From NCBI RefSeq assembly GCF_000143415.4, contig NW_003314278.1:900682-964681 (forward strand): a stretch of 64,000 bases of DNA, in the 5' to 3' direction. Below are positions 26,593 to 39,108 of this stretch, one piece after another. The position numbers and the translations under genes were made by a program. The stretch comes from Selaginella moellendorffii (taxonomy: Eukaryota > Plantae > Lycopodiophyta). Position 1 is the first letter of the stretch. The number at the start of each line of letters is the position of its first letter. The notes under the pieces are model-generated. The model saw only the letters and a list, made by a program, of their open reading frames with translations. It had not been told where the DNA came from and ran no database searches.

Positions 26593-29199
26593 TATTAAAT
26601 TTGTAAACTTTAATTTAACTATTAAATTTAATGGTAACTTGTTCACACCAGAAATTAACATTAAAATAAGCTAATGTTTCCATTAGCATTTCTTATGCAT
26701 TTTTCGCTAAAATCCTAATCTTACTCCCTTATTTAAACGTGCTATTGGCATATGGCATCCGGCGTCTTTTATTCCATTTTTAGAATATTATTTATGAATA
26801 TGCTTATAATCTAATGGTTCAAATTCAAAAACTTCAAATAGACGGCATAGATCAAGTGCCAAAGGGGTGGCAACGCTTCAATGTGATTTTAATGACGTTC
26901 CAAATCAAGGAAATTTTTAGGGCAGATTGTGAGCTGCAAGCTCTGTCTGTCTCTCTCTCTCTCTCTCTGTCTGTGTCACAACTTGGCTGCGGGACTCTCC
27001 TTCCATGCTATAAGTTGGTATATGGAAGGTAAGCTTTTCTGGATTCCACTTCAGCCTCCATTGTTTGTTCTTGTAGATGCAAGAATTGGCTGCGATGTCT
27101 TCAAATTCCAATGCCCTGGATTGAGCTGGCCATTGCGTACTATTCTTCTGTCAAAAGGAACATCCTAGAGAGGCGAGAACTGGCTGGTTTGCATGTGGTC
27201 AACAAGTTCAGCGCTCCATACCAGAGCACTGACGAGCATCCTGCAGAACCTTTTTATTTGCCAAGGACAGTAAGTTGCATATGCCAAGATTGAAAAGAGC
27301 CAGGTGATACGTTCACCATCAGCAGCTGATCAGGTTTAGGAGGTAAGTAACTCTCCTCAAGTGTGTTTGACAGGCTGTTTGTTTCCTTGGTCGTTTCAAT
27401 AAAAAAAGAAAGTGGACTATTGCGGGAAGAGGCTCTCCTTGGGTTCCATGAGAAAGCTCTGGAAATTAGCAGGTAACTCCTCAGGTTTTGTGTTCTTTCG
27501 GGTGATCTGATCTTGTGTCATGCCACTCAGGCCAGGAAGCACCCGGCACTGGCCAATGCAGTGGGTCAGCAATTAGAATTTATCTGCTTGACCCAGGGGG
27601 AAGGACTGGTAATTTTATTACATTGTTTATTTGTTCTTGCCTTGGTGAAAAGCTTAGTTTCAGTTGCTCAATCCTTGACGTGATTCCATCTGAATAGCAT
27701 ACCAATTTTCTTATGTGCCAGAACGTAGCTGGTTCAAACTGTTCTCAGCTGTGGTGAGTTGCTGATTCAATCTTTCAAAGTAACAGTAAAACCAAATGAT
27801 GAACAGAATGTGGTAGAAGTTGCAAAATCCTTCAATCTCTTTAGGCGAGAGCTGGACGGAAATTGGGCTTGCTGGCCTTGGTGGCAGTGAAACCTTGGCG
27901 GCACCAATGATAAAACTACTGGACGAGGCCTTTTGTTGTCCTCCTCTTGTGAGTATGCCAGGCCAGCAAGGGAACGCTTGGATTCACTTGCAAACACAAG
28001 TACAGAACTCCAACATTCGTTCTTGCTTCCTCTTGGTATTGCTCTCATGTTTTCCATTGCTTTCACTTATGCTCTTTTTTATTAGTGTGGCTTTATAATG
28101 GAGACGGTCCTTCTCAGTCTGAATAACACCAATGATATTTGTCATTCATGAAGAAAGTAGCATTTATTTCGACAAACATCGTTACTTTTGAGCTGAGTCC
28201 CAGTCCGAGTGAAGATGGCAGCGATGATCCAGCAGCAATTCTATAATGCAAGCAGCCTGATCGAGGTGGGACCTCTAGGATTGATGTTGTCATGTACACT
28301 TTTGCTATGTCATCGAGCTCACCAGATATATGTGCCTTTACATTCTCAACTCCTTTCATTTGCTCACTTTGTGTATGTTTCAGAGAGAAAGATGACAAGT
28401 CATGTTTTTCTCGATCAAATGAGTGAGGTAAGAGAGGTCTCTTCCCTTTTGTGCCATTGTAAACTACACATCCAGTCTTGTGATTATTTTTACAAACTGC
28501 TGTGGCATTCAAGCTAATGGCTCACAATCAATACAACTATTCTTTATATTGTTATTGACTCTGATATCTTTGTGGCACTTTTCTTTCTCATTGATGTGGA
28601 TCACTTACTGATGTTTGATGTTTCTGTAGGAGAAAAGATGGATCGGAAAATGAAGATGTAAAAATGTGAAAATGAAGTAATCTCAGCACATAATAGTAAG
28701 GATTGCAGGTTTAATCAACCTTAAACTCATGACACTGTGTCCAGGTAATTTATGGTAAAGTAGAATATGTCGAATTCTAGAAAAAGTAGTTGTTCTTATT
28801 TCCAATGAATGAGCTTTTGGAGGTGCTTGTGTGTTTTACAGCCTGGTTTTCCTATTGCAGGTCTCCCTTCTTATTCCCAGGAGTGGCAGAAAGGCTGGGA
28901 TTTATTTATTTTGGTTCTTTTGATTGGAAACTACTGAGATTCAGTGTTGAGCTCTAATAATGAAAGGCAGAGAATTTATGGTTGCCATATTCTTGCAGTG
29001 GGGATACAATCCTGAAATTTTGTGTTTACAGTTTTGGAGCCGATCAAAATATCCAGTATTTGCTTGAAATTTCCCAACGAGGAGTGCACTGCGAATACAG
29101 CAGTGGTGCTCTCGAGTTATCGTCACTGGAGCCACTAATATGAACGTGACTGGCTGCTCAATTAATCAGACACCATAGTTGAGTGCCAACGCTGTACCA

Positions 29200-30240
29200 T
29201 TATGGGGTTCTTCCTCCTCTATCACTGGAAAGCAACATGGCAGTGACTGTTTGCCGACATTCTCGAGATTTTTACACAAGTGGTACTATGAGCCGGTGCT
29301 AAAGCCGGGACAGCCTCCACTTCCACCGGGTCCGCTTGGATGGCCCGTCTTTATCAACATGGCTGCTTTTCTCAGAGCCTTCAAGTCTGGGTTACCATAC
29401 TCTTTCATGGGTCACTTCTTGGTTTCAGGTATAATCGAGTGGGTTTTACAAGGCATTTCTGTTCTAGCAGCCCACCGTCCTGGTTGCCACACCAGAGGCA
29501 TGCAAATTCGTGCTCTCCAAAGACAGCTTTGAGACAGGATGGCCAAAGAGCGCTGTTGTGCTCATTGGACGAAATCTGTTTGCGAGATTAACTGAAGCGA
29601 GCTACTTGAAGCTCCAGAAGCTTACTGAGTCACTGTGAACAATCCCAAAGCTCTTAAGCAGTACGTGCCCCTACAACAGCATGCCTTGCAAGGTGGTCTA
29701 CGGAGCATAAGATTGTTCTTCTTACCGAGATGAGAAGGGTAAGTGATGTTTACTTCCTCTCTGTCTTATTTTCTCGTTGATACTGGTTTTTTCTGATATG
29801 ACAGTTCACGTATCTAACTGTCCTCTACATTTTATATAGGAAAGACTCCAGTCTCGATGTGGATGAGATTTTCTCCTTGTACTACATTGTCAACCAAGGC
29901 ATTCAGGCTTTCCCCATCAACTTCCCCAACACTACCTACAACAAAGCCTTGAAGGTAAAAGCCATATGCATTGTCTTACATAGTTTTGTGATGTTTTCCC
30001 ATTCTCAGGCCAGGTGAAAGGTCATCAAGCTTATCCAGGACCTGATCAACCAGCGAAGAGCTTCTAGAAAGACACAGGAAACAAGCATTCTTTTGTTGCT
30101 CATGGATGAGCTGGATGACAAAGGAGAGTCTCTGGAAGCGCTGAAATCATAGACATGCTCAACATGTACATAAACGCTGGTCACAACTCGATGGCTGATG
30201 GTTTCCTAAAGCAAAATCCTGATGTGCTCGAGAAAGTGAA
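29200..30240 (+). pseudogene. CYP88: CYP88-family (ent-kaurenoic acid oxidase-like) P450 fragment, frameshifted and truncated before the heme motif
   Basis: WYYEP...LPPGPLGWPVFINMAAFLRAFKSG, RYNRVG, PTVLVATPEACKFVL, FPNTTYNKALK and IDMLNMYINAGHNS (I-helix). Introns are retained. Multiple frameshifts and stops. Confidence 0.85.
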
Positions 30241-32781
30241 GATAAACATTTACAATTTCATACAAACTTTCCTTCATACAATCTTTCTTCTTTAGGCCAC
30301 ATCCAGACTATTCTGTAAAAGTTTCAAACTTCTGTAAGTATAAAAAGATAAAAGTATTCTAGTGAATTGTACCTCATACAAGATGATATCCTATGTATTC
30401 TCATGCCTCTATTATTCTAATTCATCCCTGTCACTTCTGTATTTGGAAGGAAATGCTATTTATGAAAACTCTGCATTTATGTTTACCCTTTGCTCCAATG
30501 GACCTAACGAAGACATGTTCAAGACAGATGCAAACTGGCAGGTATTCTTAAAGAACCATAGAACTGCACATCATCTCTTTAAGGGAAATTTATGAGGTGC
30601 TTGTAAGGCTCTAAAGTGTTAACCTCCTCTGGATGGCATCTGAGGAATGTCTAGGGAATGAGAAACTGTAAGCTGTAGCATGATATTTTCTTGCTCTAAT
30701 AAGTAGTTAAATAGAAGCTGCCTGTTGTAGCCTTTGTGGCTTTGCTTGACTACAAACCAATGCTTACAAGGTCAGAATGACACAAGCAGATATTCATAAA
30801 GATGTATTGTATTTTGCTATTTAGAGAAATCTTTGTATATATTCCAAACATACAATTCTTAAGAACATCTCAAAAATATCATTAATTTTGTAGAAAACTC
30901 TTCTTTTGAAGACTTAAGAAAATTAATCTCACTTATAAAAATCCTCGACAAATATCAAACTTAAAATTAATGTAAATCAAAGCTATATATGTGAATTGTA
31001 AGTTTTTTTAAGAAATTCATTTAGGAAATACCTTAAAGTATATATTATATGTTAATAATTATATTATGTTATACTTTAAAAATTAAAAAATGTCATTATA
31101 TTATTCTTGTATATTGTAATATGTTAGATCTAAGTTTATTTATTTATTTTTATGTTCTTTATAATGAACATATCAACAATAAAACTTAGAGAATGAAGAA
31201 TTTAAAACTTTATTCACAAATGATAATGTTGAAACAACAATACATATTATTTTAAAATAAAATTAAATTAAAATTATACTTCAATTTTAATATATTTTGA
31301 GAATATTATTATATTATATTAAATATAGTATTAAAAATAAAAAAATATGATTATATAAATATGAATGTGCTAGATGTAAGTTTCTAATAAATTTTTTAAT
31401 ATTTCTTATAATCTAAGTTTGTTTATAATAATGTTCTCCTTTAGATAATTGCTGAATATTAAGCATTTTTGAATAATCTAATAGTAATTTTTATATTTAA
31501 ATTTTTTAGCTATTTAGCTATATATGATTTTAAATCCTTCAGTAATAGACAATCTTGCAGAATTTTTCTTAAACTTTCAAAGTTCCTTAGAAATTTTGAA
31601 ATTAAAACTTCTAGCATGATATTACCTAAATATAATCCTTAGAAATTTTGAAATTATAACTTCTAGCATGATATTACCTAAATATAATCCTAATGAACTA
31701 TAGTTTATAATTTTCAACTTTATGGGTTACAATCTAGATATTTAATTTTAGAGTTGCTCTACTAATTTTTAACCTAAATCACTTTTCATGAGAATTTCGT
31801 ATAGACCAGTCTTTTAAATATTTAAAATTTTATTTCTATTAAATTTCTTTCTTCTTATTCTAAGTTTTTCTTTCTCAAATATTTTTTTTCTTCATCATTT
31901 AACTTTTGTAGTAGTTATCTTATATATTATAACTTACAAAATGTGTTACATACTCTTGATCTATTAGTAACTTATATTCTGGTTAGAAAGGTTTTACACA
32001 TGTATTAATATTTTTTAAATAATATCTAATATAAGTATTTAATAAAATAGATTTTCTATCTTTACAGGCTGAGTTGTATTTTTCTCACAAATGTGACATA
32101 TAATTTTACTCTATTTCGAGACCATTAACGTTTTTTTATAAAATACTTAATTTACCATTTGAACTAATACGATGTTTTCCCTATGCTTAGGTATGATTGA
32201 TATAATACAAAATTGAAACAAAACATAAAGCTCATGTAAAGTTTTAAGATAAATCTATACTAATGCTTTATAATAAAATTATGCATTCATGTCGCATTAA
32301 TAACATGGTATCTAATATGGTATAAGCTATCTCATACATATTGAAAGATCAAATCCATTTCTTGATTATATCCCAGTTACATGAAGATTTAAAATAAAAT
32401 AAAACAATTGTTATTAGCTGAAAGAATAATATAAAATTATAAATTATAACATTATACTAATGAGTTTGATAAAAATTATATTATATTAAAAATATTCATA
32501 AGAACATTTGAAAAGAAAGAAGAGATATTTAAGAGTACATAAAAAACTTTATTTATACTAAATCATTAAACAAATCAAACTAAAATCAAATAGTCATATC
32601 TGAAAATAAATATTTAAAAAATAAAAAATAATTATGATTTTAGGTGAATTGTCAGTGAGAGTAAATTCAAAGAATAAAAAATAATATTTTGTTATCTTCT
32701 GCATAACATTATTTAGCTTTATTTAATATTTCTAATAAATTTTTTACAAGTGATTTAAAAGTTAAATTAATCAGCTTTAAA

Positions 32782-32881
32782 NNNNNNNNNNNNNNNNNNN
32801 NNNNNNNNNNNNNNNNNNNNNNNNNNNNNNNNNNNNNNNNNNNNNNNNNNNNNNNNNNNNNNNNNNNNNNNNNNNNNNNNN
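32782..32881. other. Assembly gap (100 N) in a very AT-rich stretch
   Basis: Run of N. Confidence 1.
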
Positions 32882-34199
32882 ATTAAGCTACATGCTTAAA
32901 ATAATTTAATTTATGGATAGATGTAATTATGGTTTTAATGTTTCATGAAAATAAATTAGTCACTTTTAATAAAAGAACATATATGAAACACAAACCCAAA
33001 ATATGAATAAAAATGAATAACATATGTTTCAAATTATAAGCTTGGATGGATCATTAGTAAGTTGTAGTAAAAATTATATTCTCTTTTGAAGAAGTCTCAT
33101 TCTTGAAGTGTATTCTTGATGTTCCTACTATTTGACCTTGGAAATAAAAGAAATCCACAAGAAAGTCCCATAGGATTTACTAGGCTAACATATTTGCATG
33201 ATAGGGTTTTCAAAAAGTTATCTAACTTTAGGCATCTAGGAAGTCATATCACTAACTTGAGTGATGGGTAAATAAGAAATCAAAACTCAAATACTTACAG
33301 TTTTTTTTTTATTTTCTCAAGGATATTTTTCTCATATGAAGTTCCCTTACTTTACTTTAATCTAGCCCCTATTTCAAAATATATATTCTTGGTAACAGTT
33401 TTTCAATTTGCCTTTACTTGCTGGAATTAAGCTTAATATTTGATAAACTAATTTGGAAAGGTATTCTTTTTTACTAAAGTGAACCTATGATAGAGGGTAA
33501 ACATATCTCACAAGTGTGTTGCTAAAATGATGTATTAATTGGAAGAAGGAATCATTGGCACAAGAGGGCATTCTTTTAGATTTGCAACTATAAGGAGTAA
33601 AAGGGTGTAGTTGATGGGACAAATGTTCCTTCTTAGAGAGGAATGAAACAAATATTCAGTAACAAATAATGACTTCCTAATGCACTATGTGCTCATCACA
33701 TTTTATCTTATAACAACAGGTGTTTTATATAAGTTCAAGTACCAACTTAGCATAGTTGCTAGCACTTTTTGAAGTCAAAGGAATCCCTCCCTTTTCTAAT
33801 AGCATTTAAAAAAACAGAATGACAAATGATAGCTGTAGCAATGAAACTCACAACTTCATGGACAATTCAAAAATATGGTATAGGGGATTGTCTTGATATA
33901 TAAAACTTAGTCAACACAGTTTCCCATGATAAATTATTTCAATAGCTACGACAAATTAACACACCATTAGTTGTCATTGAATAAATATATGTCATTATTC
34001 TTGTATACTATCAAGGAGTTAAATAGATTGAATGCACTATTTGCATTAAATAAGGATGTCCACTGTGTTTAGCTTACACATGAATGCCCTTGAGAGTTTA
34101 ATGTGGCATTAAAACTTTTTGGAGATCCATATAACTAACCATTTCATTCTCACAATAAAATCTATGGAAGGTAGTCTGCATTGTAGTTAGATCTATTAG

Positions 34200-35600
34200 G
34201 GTCAAAATTTTCTGTGAACCTGTCATTCCTTTTGATCATCAAGGTATGCAGCACACAGCAAGACATGATGTTGTTCACAAGGATGCCTAGATGTCCTCTA
34301 AATCCCTTCTAACCAAGAAATTTCTATTGCCTCTTTAAAATTCCAAAAGATTGCTTGACAACAATCCTCATAGAAGAATGAAGAAAGTTGTATTGCTCTT
34401 TGCCATGAAATTTGTTTGGATATAAGACCAAAACCAGTAAAACACACTTTTATCCTCTGTCAGCAATGATATACAATGGAATGTCCCCAAACGCTGTGTG
34501 GTATACTGGACCACATAAACACTTCTTCTCTATCTATGCCTTCTTCAAACCACTAGAATTCCAAACTTGTCTATCTGGAGCACTACCTACTATCCCTATT
34601 GTTATGTAAGGGAATGAAGTCTTACTGTCTATCACAACTTGAACTACCATTGAGTAGTACTTTTTTGCCTTAGCATACCAATCTATTGCATCCTCTGAAC
34701 CTAGGAGCTTGATTGCCATATGAGTGCAATCCATTGCACCACAACAACTTGGGAATCCATACAATCTCTGAAATCATGCTATATCTTCATTTATTCCCTC
34801 CTCATCTGCCAATGGATCATTAGTCCTTCATGCTCAAGCAATGAATACCTGAATCAACATAAACAAGCTTGAGTGCATGAAGCCACTCTAAATGCATCAC
34901 CAATTATTTGCCATATATCCCTGAATGCCAAGCGTTTCAAAGCAATAGCTACTTGCTTTGAAATAGCTAAGTGCTACTTTGGTATTTCTACCAAATCTAG
35001 AAGAGGCCTCCTAGCCAATTTTGGAGCAAGCTCGTCACAAAGAAAAGTGAATGTAGATATTAAAAAACTTCTCTAAATCTTTGTGGATTTATATGGAGAA
35101 CCTAAAGCTCTGTTTGATACCACCAGTGGAGACTTCTTGGCTTGATGTAATCCACACTGATCAATGCCCTAGGAGCTCCTTTTTAGTTATCACTTTTTCA
35201 ATAAATGAAGTTGCAGTAGGACATGGCATAGAAAGCACTATAGCAATCGCTTCCTCCACCATTTGAATGAACAAAAGCTTTCTTGAAACTGGAATTAAGA
35301 TCATGTCCTCCTCCAGAAAGAACAACTCTACCAAATTTAAGTACCTCATCACAATCTCTACAGCATGGGAAATGATTGCCAAGGAAGAATTGCCAAGCTA
35401 TGGCATGCTATGCACTCAATTTAGGGTAAAAAAAAATGGCACCCTAATCCATTATGATGTGGAAAAAAAGAAGCTAATGTGTAGCCTTATGTGGCATATA
35501 AAAAAGAGGGTTACATGTAATGTAACCATTAAAAAAAAAGGAGGGGAAAGTTGTGGGGTGAGGAGAAATTTCCAGGTGGGTGGAGCATGGAACCCCACCC
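34200..35600 (-). mobile_element. PIF/Harbinger DDE transposase (HARBI1/DDE_Tnp_4-like) remnant with one TIR end
   Basis: GAMDCTHMAI, YSMVVQVVID, GSAPDRQVW, NFLHSSMRIVVKQSFGIL and CCVLH motifs, with stops. TIR ...GGTGGAGCATGGAACCCCACCC|TAA ends at 35600 and is the same family as 52836-58126. Confidence 0.85.
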
Positions 35601-36244
35601 TAAGGGAACTACTCCTTATTCACATGGGCATAAATTAAAAATGCCTTGAGATGGAAAATGCTTAGTAGTCTATTGCTTAACCCCAATGAGCTTATAGAAG
35701 TGATGAACCTGATCTAGAATGACCAAATAATATACCAAATTGAGGAATATGATTAAGCCACCTCTTCATGTGTTGAATAATTCTTTTAAGCTTTGAGTCC
35801 AAGCTTGTATTATTCTATTCCAGTAAACCATTTAAGAAATAGTGTTTGGTTGCAATCACTAAGTAAAAACTAAATAAACCAAGTGCTTGTTATATATTGA
35901 ACTTAAGCAAGTTTTAATAAATTGTTCTCTTTTTAGAATTAACATCTAACTATCCCAGCGGAGCTGGGTTCCCTGCTAGTGCTACACTTTTGTAGCATTA
36001 GGATTAAAATATTCACGAATATTCTATAGGGCTTTCACTTGCTTTCATTTTGGCGTGGTGTGCGGTGCGCGGTGTTGTTGGCTATGAGTACTGGTGATGC
36101 CCATGGAGCAGCGAGGCATGGTGTTGGCAAGCGTACCACGGCAGAAACGAGGTAAGAGATCAATCCTAGGCATTTCTAGGCATTTCTAGCACATTTTAGA
36201 GCATTTTACTTCTAGCCAAGCATGCTATGGATGACTAGAGCAGG

Positions 36245-36600
36245 TTTTCACGGTGTTGGTGTTGGAGGTCTTGGCTTAGGTTCTCACGGTGTTGGTGTTA
36301 GAAGTCTTGGCTTAGGTGCTGGTGGAACTCTTAGCCCAGATTCTCACTGTGTTGCTGCTGGAAGTTTTGGACCAAGTGCTGGTGGAAGTCTTGGTGCAGA
36401 TTCTCATGATGTTGCTGTTGGAGATCTTGGACCAGGTGCTGGTGGAACTCTTCTTCCTAGAGCAAGTGCAAGCTCTCACTGTCTTGCTGTTGGTGGAAGT
36501 GGAAGCAGTGGTAGTGAATCAGGTGTAGGAACTCTTGTTCCTAGTTTTGGAGCTACTACAAGTTCTCATGGTGTTGCTACTAGTGTTCCTGGTGGAGGTA
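36245..36600. repeat. Degenerate minisatellite (~33 and ~54 bp units)
   Basis: Repeated tctca(c/t)-g-tgttg(g/c)tgttgg...ttgg units give a Gly-rich ORF on + and a Pro-rich frame with periodic TGA on -. Confidence 0.7.
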
Positions 36601-39108
36601 TCATGAGTTTTGGTGGTCCAAGTGTTCGTGATCGACAATCCAATTGGTTTTCTTAAATAGATTCATATGATATTGCTAGAGCAAGAGGGAAATAGCTAGC
36701 ACTGGATATTTTGAGAAGATTAGATTGAGCAGTAGCATCGCAACATTGGATCACTAGCAGCAGCATCGCATAACTGCGATGAAGGATCTTCACTGGGAAA
36801 TTTCGAGCCAGCATTGGATATTTCAGGGCATAAATAGTTAAATCCAAAGAAGCGCCACCTTTAAATGGCATGTTGTAAAAGGTATAACTTATAATAGCTG
36901 GTGTGAACATAGCATCATTAAATTAGCTAATTTAATGGGAGTGTGAACCAGTTAACATTATCCAAAGTTTTTATCACCCAAAATGACTAATAACTACTAA
37001 TGCTATTATTAACTAATATTGGTGTGAAAAGAATAACATTAAAGTTTTAAATTAGGCTAAAATCCTCTGATGTAAAAGGCATAAATTAATGGTGGGTGCA
37101 ATAACCCCCTTAGACTCATAACTATTATCAAAACTTGTCTCTATGTTTCCCTTCACTTAACCTTTTAGACCACTATTAACTTGAACTAACAACCTTCATC
37201 CTTGTCCAACACTGCATATAGGAGGTCAAACTCACCTTGTTCATTCTTCACATCCTCTTTATCCCCTTTTTGAAAGAAAAAAAGTTTTAAAACCCTAGTT
37301 TTGTTTGGACTCACTATACTTACTTTACTCTGCCATCAACAAATGTCATTGGCTTTGATAAAGTAAGAAGGGGATAGCGAAACTCATAGCCAAAGGACAT
37401 CATTGTAGAAAAGGATTGGTTCAGGCTACTAAGTATCTACTTAGTTGAAAGCATTTTTTATCGAGTTTGTGGGACAAAAGCGTGACTGCCAATCTTTGAT
37501 AGCATACACCGGTCCAGAAACTTTTTCATGGGGTCATGCATCCATTCCAATTTCCTGCTGCTTATTAAAAAGACCTGGCATAGCTGCAGTGATAGTGTAA
37601 ATAAGATCCTACGTATTCCAACCACTAAAGTTGCCCCATGTTTTAATTTTCAAAAGGTAGTTAGTTCGCAGTATCTAGCAATCGCACTCAGAGCGGTGTT
37701 ACAGGACCCAGGAGGATTCCTTATTACATTAGCTTCTGAGCACATTTGGGGCCCGGTATTCATCCGGGTCGACTGGGGAGCATCCCGACCCTGATTCCGG
37801 GCATGGGATCCTCCAGGAGGAGCCCTCGCCATATAAGTGGCTTAAAAATAAAATTTCTTGTTCCTTTGCAATGCGCCAGATCCACACAGCATTATGTAAT
37901 GTGTAGCTTGGTGGGTTTAATGTAGATCAGAAAATCCCAGCTAGCGCACATGTCTGGATCATTGTCCTCCAGACCAACGTGATAAAGCTGGAATCTCGCG
38001 TTTTACATTATGTTCTGAGCTATGCTCCACAGGTTGCTGGAGGCAACGGGCTGGTGCTTGGAAGCCCATATATAGCACCGAAACGAACTCAAAATTTATA
38101 TAACGTTTTTAATTGTTGATCGCTGTCTAGGCAGGATGCTCACACTTGGAAACAGTAGCATTTGAACATTCATGTGACTGTCACCTGGGAAGTCTAGCAT
38201 TTCCAACACACAAGAAAATCAAATTTCTAGCAGCACATTGATAGCTTTTAACATCCATAAGCCGCTAGCATCTTCCCCGTGGTCAACATCAATCGTTCTT
38301 AGCTCGCTTGATCTTTTGAAGTATTTTCTTTAGTGATTGAACCGAAAATATACCCATATCAATTTTCTGCCTAAACATGCATCTTACCGATTAAGTGTTG
38401 AGCAATTTGGAACGGTTTCTTATAGTCGTTGGATACCAAGAACACCATCAGGTAGCAGCATATCAAAACAGAGTGCCAATTCGTCATACACCAGACTTCC
38501 ATGACCACTGTCCTGCTGTATTAATCAATCAAGACCTTTGTGAGATCTGGGTTAGCGCACACATTGGCACTGTAGCGCTACTTCTGTATCATCAGTCCTG
38601 CTACGGGAACAAACCCAGTAGATCTGCTTAACCTACAATGGCCCACATTGCAGTCGGAGCTCAATGGAGCAACCCTGGCTGCCTTACCTATTTAAAGTAT
38701 GAGGTAGTGTGTTCCACCCTCAATGCCTCTAATCATCCGCTTTATTTGATTAAACTCGGTAAGAGCTCCAGCTATACTATCCTGAGGGAAACTTCACAGG
38801 GTACCAGCTATTCTATGGTTTAATAAATGGCCCCTATACCAGCAAGTTCACCATCCTTTGGACCCAGAGCTTCAGCAATCTTGCTTATCCCACTGCACAG
38901 GCCCGACTGAGCAGCTCGAAAGGAGCTCTCCTTTGAGCCCAGCAGGACTGGTAAAATACCTTGACCGAGACCATGCATCTATGATTACTTGTCTTAAGAA
39001 TCAACTCCGCTGTAGCTTTAGCTAAGGAGGCAATATATACAACCGTGTTGGAGCTGATTTCTCTAAAGAAAAGATTGACATGCAAAATATGAATTGAGAT
39101 ATCCAAAC

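Larger units (their letters stand above)
26713..35979 (+). mobile_element. Putative Helitron with captured gene fragments (3' end clear, 5' end tentative)
   Basis: 3' hairpin CCCAGC-GGA-GCTGGG (35954-35968) then CTAG|T at 35976-35980. Candidate 5' end A|TCCTAATCTTACTCCCTTATTTAAA at 26713. It spans an N gap. Confidence 0.55.
21923..37109. mobile_element. PIF/Harbinger-type TIR element (~15.2 kb including nested insertions)
   Basis: Left end GGGGGCTTTCGCACCCACCATTAA and right-end reverse complement GGGGGTTATTGCACCCACCATTAA. 3-bp TSD TTA at 21920-21922 and 37110-37112. It spans an N gap. Confidence 0.75.

Noticed and set aside
36222-36656. Glycine-rich protein gene
   Set aside because: Low-complexity minisatellite inside a TIR element, with no independent support for a gene.
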